From the NCBI GenBank assembly GCA_000708835.1, contig DF236957.1, forward strand, positions 1 to 64,000: a stretch of 64,000 nucleotides of DNA, read 5' to 3'. Each line of letters opens with the position of its first letter. Position 1 is the stretch's first letter. A model generated the notes under the pieces. That model was not told where the DNA came from. It was given only the letters and a program-made list of their open reading frames with translations, and did no database searches. Source of the DNA: Klebsormidium nitens (Eukaryota > Plantae > Klebsormidiophyceae). Below are positions 61,034 to 64,000 of the stretch, in pieces. A program made the translations under genes and the position numbers.

Positions 61034-62629
61034 GCGCCACCCAGCAAGGAACGGTCACGATCTGGTTAGCAGCAGAGACACGAAGTCCAACTAAACAGAC
61101 GCCAAAGTACTTGCGTCCCTTGCGTCCCCTATGCTTTCAAGCATAGTTGGGAGTTCTTCTGAAAGTGATCTGCCGCACAAGCCCGTCTCGCAATCTGCAG
61201 ATATGATCAGCGGAAGAAGCACAAGCAGTCCTGAACAGGCTGAAGAAGACAGCAGGAGCATTTCACCAAGAGCAAAGTCCGATAACGTATGCCCTTCGAG
61301 CCCGTAGCTTCTAGCAGCTTCTGCAGGGTGACCACCCGAATATGTGTCTATATGCCACATTCTGAAGGGAGTGTGCGAGACCAGTCCGGCGGCTGATCGT
61401 ACGTAAATTACCTTTCCATTATCCGCGTATGTGGCATGTAAGCCGCCGTACACCGCTACTCCACCTGCTTATATGACCTCGTATGCCGGATTTTTGCTGC
61501 TGTGCATGGTTCTGCCATTGCTGCTCTGTGCTGCACAGTCTGGCACTCAACTGCAGATGTTCCATAATCCAGACTCCAGAGTGCTTCTGAGAAATACTAA
61601 ATAGCGCCCAGCTCACAAATGAGAGTTGTCTCCTTGTGAGGGGTCCTTTTTCAAACCCTCAGAGTCCTGCATTTTGTCCAAGAAAGCTCGAACAGAAAGT
61701 GCGTGGTGCTTTATATGGAGGTATCAAATGGGGAGATCAGGTTGTAGCGGGAACATACGGCTTTTTACGCTGCATCTCAAAGCTTAAGAAGCCGTTTAAC
61801 GTGTTGGGTTATTCGTCAGCATTTCCAACTCTGAGCGGCTAATCAAAGAGCTGAAGGGCTGCAAATAACAGCTTTTCCTTGAATTTCTTTTCGCAAGCAC
61901 AACATTGACATTCCAACTCATTCTGGCCATCCTGAAGACTTCAGCCCAGATCTTTACTCCCTGAAAAGGTGAGTTGAGTCAGATTGTACTCCATCATTTT
62001 CCATGTCAATTGCAGTTGCCTTCAAGGACAGCATAGTACGTGCCACTTTGAGCAAAGTCTCAGCTTGCAGACATGCATGCCGAATGCTGGAAGGGTCAGC
62101 TGCTCCTGCCCAAATCCAGGTCACATAGTCTTCACGTCTGAGTTTTCAACAATAGCATGCGATTTTCGGTCGAAAGCAGAGGTAGCTGAACTGAGATTGG
62201 TGTGATTTTGTCGCACCAGAAATTGCTGGAATGAAGTATTTCGTTGCATTCTCAAAATCTATCCAGCCTGCCATAATTGCGTCTTTGCAACAATGCTGTA
62301 TAAGATTTTCTGCAAGAAGTCCAGCTTTGCTAGTCAAAGGTCCTTCTCAAACCTTTGAGGTCGGAACCCAGAGTCTCTGTTTGGTGTGCAATGGGCTTAA
62401 CCTTAATAAATATGTTTACTTGCGGTTGGCCAAATTCATCTGGGAATTCTTGCCGTGTTTTACAAGTAGCAGTTTAATGTTGCAAAACCGGCTGTCCAGG
62501 AGCAATTAGAACATTCCTCCCTAACTGGACGTGCTTGCCTAGAGTCTATATTTTGACCTTGATTGAAATTGTCACCTTTGCTGACAGGTCAGCAACCCGG
62601 CATTCAAAGCAGCACCCCTCCCGACTGTC

Positions 62630-64000
62630 ATGGACAGCTTTTTCAAGAAGGCCCAGGAGTTCGCGAGCGCCTCGTTGAAGAAGTCTCAGGTGCGTCGGCC
62701 GTCCACGAATGTTGGTCACATTATCGTTGGTCTTTCTCCTCATCGACGGATTGTCATTCATAAATAGACACATTTTTTGTCCTTCATTTAGTACCATGCA
62801 GATTATTCGAGTTCGCTCACTTTGACCGCAACTCTTTTACTTCAAGTAAACCTTCTGATAAGGGCGCTAGCCTCCCCCTTGTCTTTGGATCTTTGGGTGA
62901 TTTTCACTAGAGGATGCCGTGGGGGCTCACTAGAAGCATGCACGAGGGTGCATATTGCAGATCGAGGCAGACTTTGTATGCTGGTTGGTTGTGATGATAA
63001 CTCTCTCAATATTCGACCTCTGCGTTCTTTGCCCCCCAAATGGTGGGATTGGGGCAATGTTCAAGGCTCTTGAGAGGATTCTCGAGCGAAGCTGGCTTGA
63101 AAGACCCTTGGAACTCTGAGAACTTGAAAAAGCTATGATGGGACTGCATTTGGCTCGGTCCCACCTCATCATTAACGGCTCCTCGAGTAAAGTGCGTCCA
63201 TGTCAGAACCTGTTCATAATTGGTGACAGTTGTTGCCAAACAGTGTCGACCAAGTCATTCTGCCGCTCCTTTTGTGGTTCCCTTCCATGCCAATAGGGTC
63301 TTCACCTTCACAGGGTCTCACGCCATTCCGAATGTTTCTTAACACAACGATCCCTCAGCGATCTTGCCATCTATCTCAAGGTCTTTTCGCTCTTCCACTG
63401 TGACGCTAAAATGACTTTCTAGGATCTCTCCGTCCTTCATTTGCTCTGTCCTTCGTTTCGTCGGGGAAAGTACTTCCCCAGGAGCTCGCGGTCGTTCGCC
63501 CTCATTCTCTGTGTATGGTTCCTGTGCTCCTCTGTGCCCTTACAGGAGCCTTCCTTTTGTTGTGCCTTTATGAAGGGCAAGCCTTCACAGTCCAAACCAC
63601 TTGAAGATGCTAAAAGCTGAACCCTTTTGCTGTGAAGCATAACCATTGCGCTGAATAGTCCCAGGGACCACACAACGAGACGCCCTGTCATGCAGAGCTC
63701 CTCTACACTTACATTTCCTGCTTCTCATTCCCTTCTGATATGGAAAAGGAATTCCTTTTGGATCCCTTTTGAACGGAAACCCTCTGGTATGGAAAAGGAA
63801 CGACGTCTCTCTCCAGGAGCTTGCAACCACCGCCGCCGCCCAGTCCCGCGAGCTAGCTACTGAGACCGCGAAACAGACCCGCCTCGCCGCTCAGAGCTCG
63901 TACAAGGCCGCAGCAGAGGCCAGCAAGAAGGCCGAGATCAAGCTCAAGCAGTTGGCGCTCGACTTGAATGCAAAGGGGGGGCCTGGTCAACCCAGCAAAG
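62630..64000 (+). CDS. 5' part of a probable BSD-domain-containing protein (exons 62630-62689, 63817->64000; truncated by window end)
   Basis: MDSFFKKAQEFASASLKKSQ|ELATTAAAQSRELATETAKQTRLAAQSSYKAAAEASKKAE..., a canonical in-frame join. It resembles the N-terminus of plant BSD proteins (MDxWxRARSFAEEAAKKSQ...). The BSD domain itself is not visible in the window. Confidence 0.6.

Noticed and set aside
61091-61453. 120-aa minus-strand ORF just upstream of the UBA1 start
   Set aside because: Non-ATG start call, no homology recognised, and probably within the UBA1 5' region or promoter.
63006-63430. Antisense ORF fragments within the BSD-like gene intron
   Set aside because: No recognisable family and interrupted by stops.

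Overview
Eukaryotic, intron-rich genomic DNA with three N-gaps. Plant-type genes, GC3-rich exons and gtgag/gtgcg...tgcag introns suggest a streptophyte green alga (Klebsormidium-like; this is an inference). Genes reconstructed by hand, left to right: the terminal exon of a MYND zinc-finger gene (+); a compact prokaryote-type archaemetzincin (M54 peptidase, -) with an apparent frameshift; a second MYND-finger gene (-); a plant Cys-rich/cyclophilin-like membrane protein (-, 5 exons); ALG13 (+); two convergent 8-exon GDSL lipase paralogues, the second with GDG in place of the catalytic GDS; TONSOKU (+, about 17 exons); eIF1/SUI1 (-); ubiquitin-activating enzyme E1 (-, 12 exons); and the 5' end of a probable BSD-domain gene (+). 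The most striking unexplained structure is a recurrent 'splice-site echo' pattern. In five different genes, tandem degenerate ~115-190 bp copies of an exon boundary (splice site plus adjacent exon sequence) are stacked inside the neighbouring intron, and in several arrays they decay with distance from the functional site. Also notable: the possible HGT origin of the archaemetzincin, a weak/strong dual start in UBA1 bracketing an NLS-like motif, and the poor-context eIF1 start codon. No CRISPR, rRNA, tRNA or intact mobile element was found.
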